Virus record (IMG/VR): IMGVR_UViG_3300016482_000025 | Location: 1 to 64,000 of that record | Reading direction: 5' to 3' (one strand) | Source: a virus | DNA: 64,000 nucleotides | Part shown: piece after piece, positions 17,241-26,529 of the stretch | Position numbering within the stretch: the first letter of the stretch is position 1 | How the letters are laid out: each line of letters begins with the position of its first letter | Made by a program: the position numbers and the translations under genes | Notes under the pieces: model-generated | Told to the model about the DNA's origin: nothing | Databases searched by the model: none | What the model saw: the letters and a program-made list of their open reading frames with translations, nothing else

Positions 17241-17480
17241 ATGAAGGTTTCTGAGCTTATTGAAATTCTTAAGTCTTGCAATCCTGATGATGTTGTGGTA
17301 ATGTCTAAGGATGGTGAGGGAAACCATTATTCTCGTCTTCACAGCGCAGAAATGTATTATCGTTTCAATGACGGTGAAATTGGTTTACGTGAGCTATCTG
17401 AGCTAGATCGTAGTCATGGTTATTCTGATGAAGATATTATGGAAGATGGAGTTGATTGCGTGGTTCTTTGGCCTCGCTAA
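17241..17480 (+). CDS. hypothetical protein
   Basis: Start moved to ATG 17241 (MKVSELI). Confidence 0.45.
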   Translation: MKVSELIEILKSCNPDDVVVMSKDGEGNHYSRLHSAEMYYRFNDGEIGLRELSELDRSHGYSDEDIMEDGVDCVVLWPR

Positions 17481-17495
17481 TTAAAGGAAAATAAA

Positions 17496-17891
17496 ATGTT
17501 CTATTGTTACGATTATGTGAATATTTCAGAATTGGTTGGTAAGACACTTACCGCCATTGAAACCGATGATTATGAATTCATTCTGTTCAAGTGTGAAGAT
17601 GGTTCAGAATATAAGATGTTTCATTCTCAAGATTGTTGTGAGTCAGTAACAATTGAAGATATTATTGGTGAATTTGATGATCTAATTGGCAATCCAATTC
17701 TGATTGCCGAGGAACGTTATGGTGAGCCACCAGAGCGGGTTCCAGATGAAAATGGATATGTTTACACTCCCGAAAGTGAAACATGGACGTTTTATGAGTT
17801 GGCAACCGTGAAAGGTTCTGTTACTATTCGCTGGTATGGCACTTCTAATGGATATTATTCCGAAGAAGTTAATTTCGCAAAGGTGGCATAA
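17496..17891 (+). CDS. hypothetical protein
   Basis: 131-aa ORF. Confidence 0.5.
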   Translation: MFYCYDYVNISELVGKTLTAIETDDYEFILFKCEDGSEYKMFHSQDCCESVTIEDIIGEFDDLIGNPILIAEERYGEPPERVPDENGYVYTPESETWTFYELATVKGSVTIRWYGTSNGYYSEEVNFAKVA

Positions 17892-18086
17892 GTGGATGAA
17901 ATTAATTTATCCTTACGATTGAAGGGTGATAGCTTAATTTTAAAACTTGGTGAAACAAGTAAAGAATTAATTGTTAAAAATGATTTTACAGATGAAGTAA
18001 CACAATTGGCAAAACTTCTTCTAGAACGCCGCAATGAAATTCTTGACAGGCGCCGTAGGGAAATGCTAAAAGAGTTTAAGAAGTGA
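17892..18086 (+). CDS. hypothetical protein
   Basis: 64-aa ORF with a GTG start. Confidence 0.35.
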   Translation: MDEINLSLRLKGDSLILKLGETSKELIVKNDFTDEVTQLAKLLLERRNEILDRRRREMLKEFKK

Positions 18087-18090
18087 GGAT

Positions 18091-18492
18091 ATGAATATGG
18101 ACCGAAAGCTTGCATCTATTCGTGTGATTGACGCCATTGATCCTATTCCGGGTGCCGATGCAATTGATGTTGCTACTATCGGTGGTTGGAAGGTTGTGGT
18201 CAAGAAGGGTGAATTCAATCCAGGCGACATGTGTGTATATTTTGAGATTGATTCTTGGATTCCCAAGGACGTTGCACCTTTTCTTTTCAAGGGTCGTGCT
18301 TATAATGGTGTCGAAGGTGAGCGTCTTCGCACGGTGAAGCTTAAGGGTGTTACATCACAAGGATTACTTTTACCATTATCAGTTTTAGGTGAAATTGTTG
18401 AAATCAAAGGAAAGAAATATATAAATATTCCTGATAGTAAATCTACGGGAATAGAAGATGATAATTTACAAAATACAGAACAAAATAACTAA
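18091..18492 (+). CDS. RNA ligase (DRB0094-like family), N-terminal fragment of a split gene
   Basis: KLASIRVIDAIDPIPGADAIDVATIGGWKVVVKKGEFNPGDMCVYFEIDSWIP...LKGVTSQGLLLPLS is the N-terminal module of this ligase family; the frame then runs into low-GC homing-endonuclease DNA and stops. Confidence 0.65.
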   Translation: MNMDRKLASIRVIDAIDPIPGADAIDVATIGGWKVVVKKGEFNPGDMCVYFEIDSWIPKDVAPFLFKGRAYNGVEGERLRTVKLKGVTSQGLLLPLSVLGEIVEIKGKKYINIPDSKSTGIEDDNLQNTEQNN

Positions 18493-19165
18493 TAAAATTT
18501 ATATAGGAAAGACTTCTAAATCATTAGAAATTAGATGGAAAAATCATTTAAAATGCGTAAATAAAAAAATCAATAGATGTTTATATGATTCAATAAACAA
18601 ATATGGTATTAATAATTTTATTATAGAAGAATTGTGTAAAGCAACAAAAGAAAATATTAATGATTTAGAAAAATTTTATATTAATGAATATAATAGTTTA
18701 TATCCTAATGGTTATAATATGACAAATGGTGGTGATGGTGGATATACACTAGAAAAATGGTCTAAAGAAGATAGAGAAAAATTATATAAAAAACAAGGCG
18801 AAAAAAGAAAAGGTAAAAGATCATCAGAATGGAGACAAGCAATTTCTTTAGGTTCTATAGAAAGAGAAAAAAATAAAACTATAGAACAAAAGAAAATAAT
18901 TGCTAATAAAATAAGTAAAACTTTAAAAGAAAAAAATATTAAACCACCGTTAAAAATTATGCTTGGTGAAGATAACCCAAATTATAATGATATACCTTTA
19001 GATTCTATTTTAAATATGATAAAAAATAATAAAAATTTAAAAGAAATAGCAAATTATTATTCAGTATCTAGAATAACTATTTCTAATAAACTCAAACCTA
19101 GTGAAAAAACATTTACACAATGGAGAAAATACTATGGCCTTATTGGAAATTATAGAAGGTCTTGA
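18458..19165 (+). CDS. GIY-YIG homing endonuclease inserted in the RNA ligase gene
   Basis: IYKIQNKITNKIYIGKT...YNMTNGGDGG (GIY-YIG core); Lys-rich NUMOD-like C-terminus; markedly lower GC than flanks; TATAAATA at 18420-18427. Confidence 0.8.
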   Translation: MIIYKIQNKITNKIYIGKTSKSLEIRWKNHLKCVNKKINRCLYDSINKYGINNFIIEELCKATKENINDLEKFYINEYNSLYPNGYNMTNGGDGGYTLEKWSKEDREKLYKKQGEKRKGKRSSEWRQAISLGSIEREKNKTIEQKKIIANKISKTLKEKNIKPPLKIMLGEDNPNYNDIPLDSILNMIKNNKNLKEIANYYSVSRITISNKLKPSEKTFTQWRKYYGLIGNYRRS

Positions 19166-19886
19166 TCTTACTGAAATGCTTGGTATTCAGAAGTATGAGA
19201 AGCCTCTACCGGGTTCTCTTGCTGGTAAGGTTCGCGGTAATTTTCCGTCTTTCATTCGCAAGACGGATCAGGAGCGCATTCAGAATCTAAAGAAGGAGCT
19301 TGGTTTTTGGGTATTTGGTGGCATTCGTTGGGAAGTCACTGAGAAGCTTGACGGGTCTTCCATGACTGTGTATCATCGTTCTTATACACAAGAAAGCGGT
19401 GTTGTTATTGATGTTGGGGTTTGTTCTCGCAATTTCGATCTTGCTCCACCGGAGTCAGAATTCTATCGTGAGAATGCTTTCTGGCAAGTAGAACGTAAGC
19501 TTGATATTGTCACTAATCTAATCAAGTATGGCATGAACATTGCTCTACAGGGTGAGCTTGTTGGTCCTGGCGTGCAGGGTAACAAGTATGGTCTAACCGA
19601 ACTTGATTTTTATGTCTTTGACATTTGGGATATTGACAAACAGTGTTATGTGTCACGTTCTGACCGTTACCATATCGTTGATCTTTTGGGCTTGAAGATG
19701 GTTCCAGTTATCAACACTGGTCTTGTTATTGATGAAGATTTTGCACACGGAATTATTAATTATGCAGATGGACAATCTATGATTGGCAATAAGTCTGCGC
19801 GTGAGGGATTGGTGTTCAAGTCTTCTTGTGGTCAATATTCTTTCAAGGCTATTTCCAACAAGTGGCTTCTTAAGAATGAGGATTAA
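19134..19886 (+). CDS. RNA ligase (DRB0094-like family), C-terminal catalytic fragment
   Basis: Own GGAG plus ATG 19134 lie inside the 3' end of the endonuclease ORF; LGIQKYEKPLP...FPSFIRKTDQERIQN...TEKLDGSS (KxDG nucleotidyl-transfer motif). Confidence 0.7.
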   Translation: MALLEIIEGLDLTEMLGIQKYEKPLPGSLAGKVRGNFPSFIRKTDQERIQNLKKELGFWVFGGIRWEVTEKLDGSSMTVYHRSYTQESGVVIDVGVCSRNFDLAPPESEFYRENAFWQVERKLDIVTNLIKYGMNIALQGELVGPGVQGNKYGLTELDFYVFDIWDIDKQCYVSRSDRYHIVDLLGLKMVPVINTGLVIDEDFAHGIINYADGQSMIGNKSAREGLVFKSSCGQYSFKAISNKWLLKNED

Positions 19887-19890
19887 TTAA

Positions 19891-20064
19891 ATGATTTGTG
19901 TTTTTTGTCACAAAGGTTTAAAGGACGGTTACACCCTTCATCGTATTAATGAGAAGGGTGTGCCTGGAATTTGGGCTTGTTGGGAACATAGATCACTTTC
20001 TGATAAACATTTTGATCCTGATTTAGATATGATTGTAAAGGTAATCGAAAATGCAACCAATTAG
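19891..20064 (+). CDS. small Cys-containing protein (57 aa)
   Basis: MICVFCHKGL...WACWEH; below the ORF-track cutoff. Confidence 0.35.
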   Translation: MICVFCHKGLKDGYTLHRINEKGVPGIWACWEHRSLSDKHFDPDLDMIVKVIENATN

Positions 20065-20065
20065 A

Positions 20066-20389
20066 ATGGATTCAATTGATAATGCAGTTAGGTTTCTTCG
20101 CGAAGCCTCAAAATATTTTAATGGTCGTCCTACCAATGGTGAGGATAGAGCATATTGGGCAAACGTTTATAATGCTGAAAACTGTGAAGAGATTGCCAAG
20201 CTTCTAGAGAAAGATGTAAATGAATTGATTGAATGTCTCAAGTGGTATATTCAGGAAGATGAAACTAATGAGGGGGATACTCCGCTTCCTGATCATGGTG
20301 GTTACACTTGGAATGAAATTAACGATTACTGGATTGATGGTAAGAAGCGTGCTATTGCTGCACTTGCAAAGTTTGGGGAGGAAGTGTAA
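20066..20389 (+). CDS. hypothetical protein
   Basis: Start moved to ATG 20066 (MDSIDNAV). Confidence 0.45.
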   Translation: MDSIDNAVRFLREASKYFNGRPTNGEDRAYWANVYNAENCEEIAKLLEKDVNELIECLKWYIQEDETNEGDTPLPDHGGYTWNEINDYWIDGKKRAIAALAKFGEEV

Positions 20390-20562
20390 TGGGTGTTTTT
20401 ATTGGAATGATCACTTTTATTCTAGGTGTTCTTGTTATTATTTCTCCCGCTTTTCCACCAGAATCAATTTGTGATATCATGACTACAAATGAAGCTATTG
20501 GTGTTGGTATTGTTGGTGCTATCATGTGTATTTCGGGAATCTTCAACATTGTCAGAACGTAG
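20389..20562 (+). CDS. small membrane protein (57 aa)
   Basis: TAATG overlap with the upstream gene; two hydrophobic segments. Confidence 0.4.
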   Translation: MGVFIGMITFILGVLVIISPAFPPESICDIMTTNEAIGVGIVGAIMCISGIFNIVRT

Positions 20563-20565
20563 ATA

Positions 20566-21222
20566 TCATAAAGATGGAACATTACCGGTTACATTTTTAC
20601 ATTTATCAAAATGATAACGTCGCATGTTTGTTCCACTACCAATTTTATTACAATGAGGACATTGTAAATTTTTAAATTTGTTTTTTAAACCTAAACTAAT
20701 ATTTTTACAATGTTCATCTGTTTTTTTATGAATTTTTATTGATTGACTTATTTTCATTTTTGTTTGCTCGGTGTGTTTTTTTCCAAACATAAAATGTTTC
20801 TCACCATAGTATTTTTTTATACTCTCAGAAATCTTTTGCTTTACTTCCTCTCTTTTTGATGGGTTTAATTCACCATATAAATCTTTTCTTTTTTTAGCTG
20901 ATTCGCTCATTTTTATTTTTGTTTCTTCTGTAATGTTATAAACTCTACCACCCAAACCACCACCGGTTTCAGGAATTAAATTCAAATATTCTTCTGATTC
21001 TACAATATTATTGATTTTAGAAAAATTTCTAGCAAAAATACATAAATCTTTTTTATTTTCTGATTCAAAAATTATATGAGTTGTAATATCATTACCATAT
21101 TTTTGTAAATGTTCTTTCCATATTTTTCCAGAACCTTTGTAATTAAATGGATTATTTTTAGTTATTCCAACATATTTTTTGTTTGTTAAGTTGTGAATTT
21201 TTAAATATAAGTAATAAACCAT
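20566..21222 (-). CDS. GIY-YIG homing endonuclease (Seg-like)
   Basis: VYYLYLKIHNLTNKKYVGIT...YKGSG, NUMOD3-like GKKHTEQTKMKIS, C-terminal CPHCNKIGSGTNMRRYHFDKC zinc finger; low GC; opposite strand to its neighbours. Confidence 0.8.
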   Translation of the reverse strand: MVYYLYLKIHNLTNKKYVGITKNNPFNYKGSGKIWKEHLQKYGNDITTHIIFESENKKDLCIFARNFSKINNIVESEEYLNLIPETGGGLGGRVYNITEETKIKMSESAKKRKDLYGELNPSKREEVKQKISESIKKYYGEKHFMFGKKHTEQTKMKISQSIKIHKKTDEHCKNISLGLKNKFKNLQCPHCNKIGSGTNMRRYHFDKCKNVTGNVPSL

Positions 21223-21275
21223 TTTTACCTCTAATTTAGCTGGATATATAATTTATATATAAAAAGGATTTTTTT

Positions 21276-21683
21276 ATGATAGAAAGACGTTACCATGTGG
21301 ACGGTAGCATTCCAAACAACGCTGTATGGGTCTTCGGGTCTAACCTTGCTGGTCGTCATGGAGCGGGAGCCGCCAAGGTCGCTGCAAACCGCTTTGGCGC
21401 CCGCTATGGTAAGGGTTATGGGTTCGCTGGTCAAAGCTTCGCTATTCCTACCAAGGATGAAAACTTGAAGGTTCTTCCTCTATATGCTATCATTGATCAT
21501 ATTGAAGGATTTGTAAGAGCCACACATCATCCTTTCAATTCAGAAGTAAACTGGTTTGTTACTCGCGTTGGGTGTGGTCTTGCTGGTTATAAAGATGAAC
21601 AAATAGCACCATATTTTAGAGACGCTATTAATTGTTCATTTGCAGAAGAATGGCGTCCTTATTTGGAGAATGAAAATGAATAA
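21276..21683 (+). CDS. conserved phage protein, possibly macro-like (unverified)
   Basis: VWVFGSNLAGRHGAGAAKVAANRFGARYGKGYGFAGQSFAIPTKD; I associate this pattern with a macro-like family, from memory only. Confidence 0.3.
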   Translation: MIERRYHVDGSIPNNAVWVFGSNLAGRHGAGAAKVAANRFGARYGKGYGFAGQSFAIPTKDENLKVLPLYAIIDHIEGFVRATHHPFNSEVNWFVTRVGCGLAGYKDEQIAPYFRDAINCSFAEEWRPYLENENE

Positions 21684-21870
21684 AGAATTAATTATTGCCA
21701 TACAAGAAGCACTTGACAATTCTATCAAGAACGGTTATGGTGATGAAGATGTAGCCATGACCGATGAAGAATTGGCTTATGATCTATTAAATAAAGATTC
21801 GTATGTAGAGCTTGTTCTAATGCGTATTTTAATTGAACATGTAAAGCATGTAAGAGAAATAAGGAATTAA
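21676..21870 (+). CDS. hypothetical protein
   Basis: Start moved to ATG 21676. Confidence 0.4.
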   Translation: MNKELIIAIQEALDNSIKNGYGDEDVAMTDEELAYDLLNKDSYVELVLMRILIEHVKHVREIRN

Positions 21871-21874
21871 AACC

Positions 21875-22237
21875 ATGCGTAATCGTCTCTGGAATGTAGG
21901 AAATCCGTATCAGGGTAATTTTAAGAGGGTGCTTTGCGTTTGCTCTGCTGGCCTTCTGCGTTCCCCTACTATCGCTTGGGTTCTGTCACAGGAGCCGTAT
22001 AATCGTAACACTCGCTCTGTTGGGGTTCATGATTATGCTTTGATTCCTCTTGACGTGGTTCATGTTGCTTGGTCACAGGAAATTGTGTGCGCCGAAAAGA
22101 GTCATGAAGATATTGTGCTTGCCTTTCTGGAAAAGGAAGGTTATGATCGTCCTGTTATCAACCTCGGCATTCCCGATGAATATGAATATCGTAATCCTAC
22201 TCTTGTTAATTTGATTAAGGAACGCTATACAGCATGA
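21875..22237 (+). CDS. low-molecular-weight phosphotyrosine phosphatase / ArsC-like phosphatase
   Basis: VLCVCSAGLLRSPT matches the C-x5-R-(S/T) P-loop signature. Confidence 0.6.
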   Translation: MRNRLWNVGNPYQGNFKRVLCVCSAGLLRSPTIAWVLSQEPYNRNTRSVGVHDYALIPLDVVHVAWSQEIVCAEKSHEDIVLAFLEKEGYDRPVINLGIPDEYEYRNPTLVNLIKERYTA

Positions 22238-22470
22238 TTAAATTGAAGTGGCACAACACTCTACCAGAAGTAATGTCTGCACTTGATCTTGCGGTTAAGG
22301 CAGATATTCAATGGAATCTTAGTGAAGTTAAGCATCCTTCCATGGTTATTTTTCATCATGTTTTTCTGAACAAGAATTACAACGGTCCTTGTGTTTTTGT
22401 TTGGGGTGATGAAAAGGATGATTATTTTCATTGTGAGTATGTAGAAACCCCGGAGTGGAAACATGCTTAA
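22234..22470 (+). CDS. hypothetical protein
   Basis: 78-aa ORF. Confidence 0.45.
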   Translation: MIKLKWHNTLPEVMSALDLAVKADIQWNLSEVKHPSMVIFHHVFLNKNYNGPCVFVWGDEKDDYFHCEYVETPEWKHA

Positions 22471-22612
22471 TGATCTTGTTGATGCTCTTTGTAATTACAT
22501 TTACAATACAGAACGGCGTGTTGGATGGATGCCAACACAAGAACAACGCCAAGAAATGCTAATTCAATTGGAAGAATGGAAAAGAAATGTCAGACACAAC
22601 GACAACGACTAA
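22463..22612 (+). CDS. small hypothetical protein (49 aa)
   Basis: Its ATG overlaps the upstream stop. Confidence 0.35.
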   Translation: MLNDLVDALCNYIYNTERRVGWMPTQEQRQEMLIQLEEWKRNVRHNDND

Positions 22613-22832
22613 ATTTTGTAAAGATTGTGTTTTTGCCAAGAGACATATTTCAGATTTTATCTTGTTTTGGGGTTCCTATCAATTTGCAAAATGCACACAC
22701 CCTAGCTCTCTAAAAGAAACTAGTGATTTTCATATTACAGGTAAAACTAGCCTAAGTGATTATTATTTTTGCTCTACTCAAAGAGCATATGAGTGTGGTA
22801 AACAAGCAAGACATTTTCAGTCAAAGGAATAA
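22587..22832 (+). CDS. hypothetical Cys-rich protein
   Basis: 81-aa ORF. Confidence 0.45.
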   Translation: MSDTTTTTKFCKDCVFAKRHISDFILFWGSYQFAKCTHPSSLKETSDFHITGKTSLSDYYFCSTQRAYECGKQARHFQSKE

Positions 22833-22837
22833 TTGAA

Positions 22838-23101
22838 ATGACTTATTATGATCAAGATGGTAATGAAATTTCTATTGACGAAATTCTTAATGAATGTCAT
22901 GATTGGGATATTGAAAAGGAATATGAGTCTCGCGGCTTAGGCAGTCCTGATAATAGTGTAGAGCTTGATCAAATTCTTTTTGATGTGCACGAATCCTATA
23001 TCGAATTGATGAAGGAGCTACATAATTCTGACAAGACGCATTTCAACGTCTTGGTTGGAAGAATGGAGAAACTTTTTGATGAGTATAGGTCAATTTATTA
23101 A
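22838..23101 (+). CDS. hypothetical protein
   Basis: 87-aa ORF. Confidence 0.45.
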   Translation: MTYYDQDGNEISIDEILNECHDWDIEKEYESRGLGSPDNSVELDQILFDVHESYIELMKELHNSDKTHFNVLVGRMEKLFDEYRSIY

Positions 23102-23399
23102 AAGTCCGTCATTAGGACATATCGGTTTATCATTGGTAATCATGTTACTAATTGGTATTCCAACCGCATTAATTACAGGTAGTGGTGTTTGGGCATCATT
23201 TGCTGGTGCCCAAGCCGCTTCTTGGTTTTATATCGCAAGAGAATTGGAACAGGCTCACCCTCATTGGGGTCTTAAAACATTTAAACCAGATTTTACAAAG
23301 AAAGAATTTGGCAGAGCAATAAGACAAGCCGGATATCCAATTATTGTTACACATTTAATTGTGTTGTCTTTTTGGTTTACATACGTCTATAATTACTAA
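23079..23399 (+). CDS. membrane protein
   Basis: Start moved to ATG 23079; hydrophobic segments. Confidence 0.45.
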   Translation: MSIGQFIKSPSLGHIGLSLVIMLLIGIPTALITGSGVWASFAGAQAASWFYIARELEQAHPHWGLKTFKPDFTKKEFGRAIRQAGYPIIVTHLIVLSFWFTYVYNY

Positions 23400-23424
23400 A
23401 CCAAAATATATTATGGAGTGAGTG

Positions 23425-23856
23425 ATGAAAATTACAATGTGTGATCCCCCGTCAGGGTGGAAATACGGATTTCCTAGAGCCATGCCGCATAATTCAAAGG
23501 ATGAAGACTTTGATGTTGTTGCATGGCTTATTTCTTGTGGATATCCAAAATCTCTTATTGACTCTTTCGGTAAAAGCTTCTATGTTAGGTATTGGGATGA
23601 AACCATTAAACTCACTGATCATATAGATTGTGGGGATGGTGCTGTTATGTCCATTCCATATTACAATCAAGAATCTGACAATGAAACTATTGGTTGGGTA
23701 TCCCGTTATGGTGATATTGAAGCAGCACGCTACGATGTTGCGATGATCCTTGATTCATATCGTTATTTAATTTCAGATGAAATTACAATGAAGGAAGCTA
23801 CTCGTAGATTGAGGCTTCTTCGCAAACGTTACAAGGACAATAAAAATGGTAAATAA
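23425..23856 (+). CDS. hypothetical protein
   Basis: ATG 23425 after GGAG. Confidence 0.5.
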   Translation: MKITMCDPPSGWKYGFPRAMPHNSKDEDFDVVAWLISCGYPKSLIDSFGKSFYVRYWDETIKLTDHIDCGDGAVMSIPYYNQESDNETIGWVSRYGDIEAARYDVAMILDSYRYLISDEITMKEATRRLRLLRKRYKDNKNGK

Positions 23857-24595
23857 TGATTGGCGCCGTGCATGGGATAATCCATATGAAAACACTTATG
23901 TTTATAAAGCACCAGAAATTTACACTGATACTGTAGGAAAATTCTATTTTAAAGAAGTATCAGGTAAGTGGCATGTATTAAATGAAAATACATGGGAAGA
24001 TACTCTTCCTCCAATGGCAGCATATGAGCCTCTTGCTTCAAGACCAAAACCAGAAAAAATTGAAAAACCATTGGTAGTTAATTTTTATGGTGGTCCCGGT
24101 TCTGGTAAATCAACAACCGCTGCTGGATTGTTTCATTATTTGAAAATGGCAGAAGTAAATGTAGAATTGGTTACTGAGTTTGCCAAGGATGAAACATGGA
24201 ATGGCTCGCTTCAAACCTTGTCCTACCAGCCTTACGTGTTCGGCCAGCAAGCATGGCGTATTGAACGCCTGAGAGGCAAGGTGGACGTTGTAGTGACGGA
24301 CTCCCCTATCATCCTGTCTAGCATATACGCCTCCAAAGACCTCCCTACAAGCTTTCATGACTATGTTCTTTGGGAACATCAACGCACGAATTCTCTTGAC
24401 TTTTTTCTGCGTCGTGTTAAAAAGTATAATTCTATTGGACGAAACCAAACGGAAGAAGAAGCAAAAGAAATTGATGAAAAGATTGTCAGAACATTAAATG
24501 GAATGGGTGTTGAATTTCATGAGTTTCTTACAGGCGACGGAACAGCTTCAATTAAAGCGTTTGGTCTTGTAATGAAATCCTTGGGGAAAGAATAA
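23846..24595 (+). CDS. P-loop NTPase (kinase-like)
   Basis: Walker A FYGGPGSGKST; Walker-B-like VVVTDSP. Confidence 0.55.
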   Translation: MVNNDWRRAWDNPYENTYVYKAPEIYTDTVGKFYFKEVSGKWHVLNENTWEDTLPPMAAYEPLASRPKPEKIEKPLVVNFYGGPGSGKSTTAAGLFHYLKMAEVNVELVTEFAKDETWNGSLQTLSYQPYVFGQQAWRIERLRGKVDVVVTDSPIILSSIYASKDLPTSFHDYVLWEHQRTNSLDFFLRRVKKYNSIGRNQTEEEAKEIDEKIVRTLNGMGVEFHEFLTGDGTASIKAFGLVMKSLGKE

Positions 24596-24596
24596 A

Positions 24597-24848
24597 ATGA
24601 ACGATGATGATAAAACTATTGTAATTGAATTACCAGATATTGTTTTAAATATTGAAGATTTTGAAAAGATTGATGAACGTGCATATAAAAAGTTTGTTAA
24701 AGCAAATTCTGGTGTTCGCGGTCAAACCATCACACATTTAAATGATCTTTCGTGGTATATTATGCAAGAGACAGTAGCATATATTAATGCCGCTGAATAT
24801 CTTGATAATGGTGAAAACGAAAAAGAATTGAAATTTACAATTCCATAA
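24597..24848 (+). CDS. hypothetical protein
   Basis: 83-aa ORF. Confidence 0.45.
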   Translation: MNDDDKTIVIELPDIVLNIEDFEKIDERAYKKFVKANSGVRGQTITHLNDLSWYIMQETVAYINAAEYLDNGENEKELKFTIP

Positions 24849-24857
24849 GGATTAATT

Positions 24858-25037
24858 ATGCCAAACTATTCTTTTTATAAGAAAAGAGAACATCTTTCTC
24901 TAAAACAGAGATTATCTTTTAGAAACTGTCTTAAAGGACAATTGGCAATGAGACATTGGGAAAGAATTAATTGGAACACTTGGGGTGGAGCGAATTCCTG
25001 GCATAGAAGGCCCCATCAATTTCATAATTTTTTTTGA
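24858..25037 (+). CDS. small basic protein (59 aa)
   Basis: AGGATTAATTATG translation-initiation region. Confidence 0.35.
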   Translation: MPNYSFYKKREHLSLKQRLSFRNCLKGQLAMRHWERINWNTWGGANSWHRRPHQFHNFF

Positions 25038-25058
25038 ACGCTCTTACGCTTTTAGCTG

Positions 25059-25086
25059 TTGACTTGTTAGCTAAAACCGCTATAAT
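25059..25086 (+). promoter_or_regulatory. sigma70-type early promoter
   Basis: TTGACT, 16 nt, TATAAT. Confidence 0.6.
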
Positions 25087-25118
25087 GCACCTATCAACAA
25101 CGAAGGAGTGACTACATC

Positions 25119-25964
25119 ATGCCGAAGGGTATTCCGAAGGCCGGTTTTCGTATGACTAAGAACCGCAAGCCGGTTCCGTTTGGTTCTCTTGCAGATGTTA
25201 TTGAGAATTTTGAGACTGATGAAGAGATTGATGCGCGTCTTCGCGAGCGTTTCGATATTCTGCGCGATCTTACTGTTGCCACTGTGCATGGTGAAAGTCG
25301 TTCTCTGATTGTGTCTGGTCCTCCGGGTCTTGGTAAGTCTTATACGGTGGAACAGGTGCTTTCTGAGCTTCCTGATGGACAGTATTCGATTGAACGTGGT
25401 TTTGTTCGCGCCACGGGTCTTTATCGTCTTCTGTATCAGCATCGTCTTCCGGGTCAAGTTGTTGTTATGGATGACGCTGATAGCGTGTTCTTTGATGATG
25501 CGGCGCTTTCTCTTATGAAGGCGGCGTGTGATACTACGGAAAACCGCACCATTTCTTGGCGTGCGGAGACTAAGATGCAGGATGAAGATGGTATTAACCT
25601 TCCTACTACCTTTGAGTTTGAAGGTTCTATGATCTTCATTACTAACTATGACATGGATCGCATGATTGATAGTCAGGCAAAGAACCATGAGCATATGGCC
25701 GCGATGATTTCGCGTTCGCACTATGTTGATCTAACTTTGAAGTCCAAGCGTGATTACTTCATTCGTATCAATCAGGTTATCTATGATGGTATGCTGAGTG
25801 ATGTTCTTACGCAGGACCAGATTATTCAGGTTCTTGACTTTATTGAGGATAATATTGATACTCTGCGCGAGCTTTCGCTTCGCATGGCTATCAAGGTTGC
25901 CAATGTGATGCGCGCCCATCCTGATAAGTGGGAACGTATTTGCCGGGTTACGTGCTGCCGCTAA
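25119..25964 (+). CDS. AAA+ ATPase
   Basis: Walker A SGPPGLGKS; Walker B VVVMDDAD; promoter 25059-25086 upstream. Confidence 0.65.
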   Translation: MPKGIPKAGFRMTKNRKPVPFGSLADVIENFETDEEIDARLRERFDILRDLTVATVHGESRSLIVSGPPGLGKSYTVEQVLSELPDGQYSIERGFVRATGLYRLLYQHRLPGQVVVMDDADSVFFDDAALSLMKAACDTTENRTISWRAETKMQDEDGINLPTTFEFEGSMIFITNYDMDRMIDSQAKNHEHMAAMISRSHYVDLTLKSKRDYFIRINQVIYDGMLSDVLTQDQIIQVLDFIEDNIDTLRELSLRMAIKVANVMRAHPDKWERICRVTCCR

Positions 25965-25998
25965 TGGCAGCACTTTCCTCTAACTTTGGATTGGAAAA

Positions 25999-26529
25999 AT
26001 GGACGAAAAGCTTCTAAAGGTTCTTAACTTGGCGTTTGATAAGAGCGCCAATGAAAATGAGGCTGTTGTTGCTTTTAAGGCTGCTAAGAGACTAATGGGT
26101 GACAAGCCCATTAGTTCTTTTTTCGGTAATGAGCGCATTGTTTATCGTGATCGTGGAAATAGAGATAGCAGTCAATCTTGGCAATTGAAGTTTCCCAAGC
26201 GGTTTCATCTATCTTTGATGAAGCATATTATGAACGATGTTTCCAAACTTGATCTTCAAATGAATGTAACTAATTTTGATTCAAATGATAATGGCACTTA
26301 CTTTTTTGATTTTGAAATCAAGGGGTCGCATTCAAGTGTAAAGACTTTTTCTGACTATCTTGATCATTATTATGATCAGATGAAGGATAGGGTTGACACC
26401 AAGCCAAAACAGACATATACTAAGCCTAAGAAGTCAGAACCACCACCGGCACCTAAGCCGGAAGACCGCCCAAAGACTACGGAAACAAAGAGTGGTTGGA
26501 AAGGATTTTTTAAGGGAATGTTCTCATGA
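25999..26529 (+). CDS. hypothetical protein
   Basis: 176-aa ORF with a Pro/Lys-rich C-terminus. Confidence 0.5.
   Translation: MDEKLLKVLNLAFDKSANENEAVVAFKAAKRLMGDKPISSFFGNERIVYRDRGNRDSSQSWQLKFPKRFHLSLMKHIMNDVSKLDLQMNVTNFDSNDNGTYFFDFEIKGSHSSVKTFSDYLDHYYDQMKDRVDTKPKQTYTKPKKSEPPPAPKPEDRPKTTETKSGWKGFFKGMFS

Noticed and set aside
18385-19165. Group I intron carrying the GIY-YIG ORF inside the RNA ligase gene
   Set aside because: The roughly 770-bp insert is almost entirely ORF, which leaves too little sequence for a P3-P9 ribozyme core. The downstream half has its own SD and ATG. A split gene is the simpler reading.
25080-25721. 213-aa minus-strand ORF
   Set aside because: It is fully antisense to the AAA+ ATPase gene with clear Walker motifs. 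Its translation is Arg/Lys/His/Thr-rich low-complexity sequence typical of a shadow ORF.
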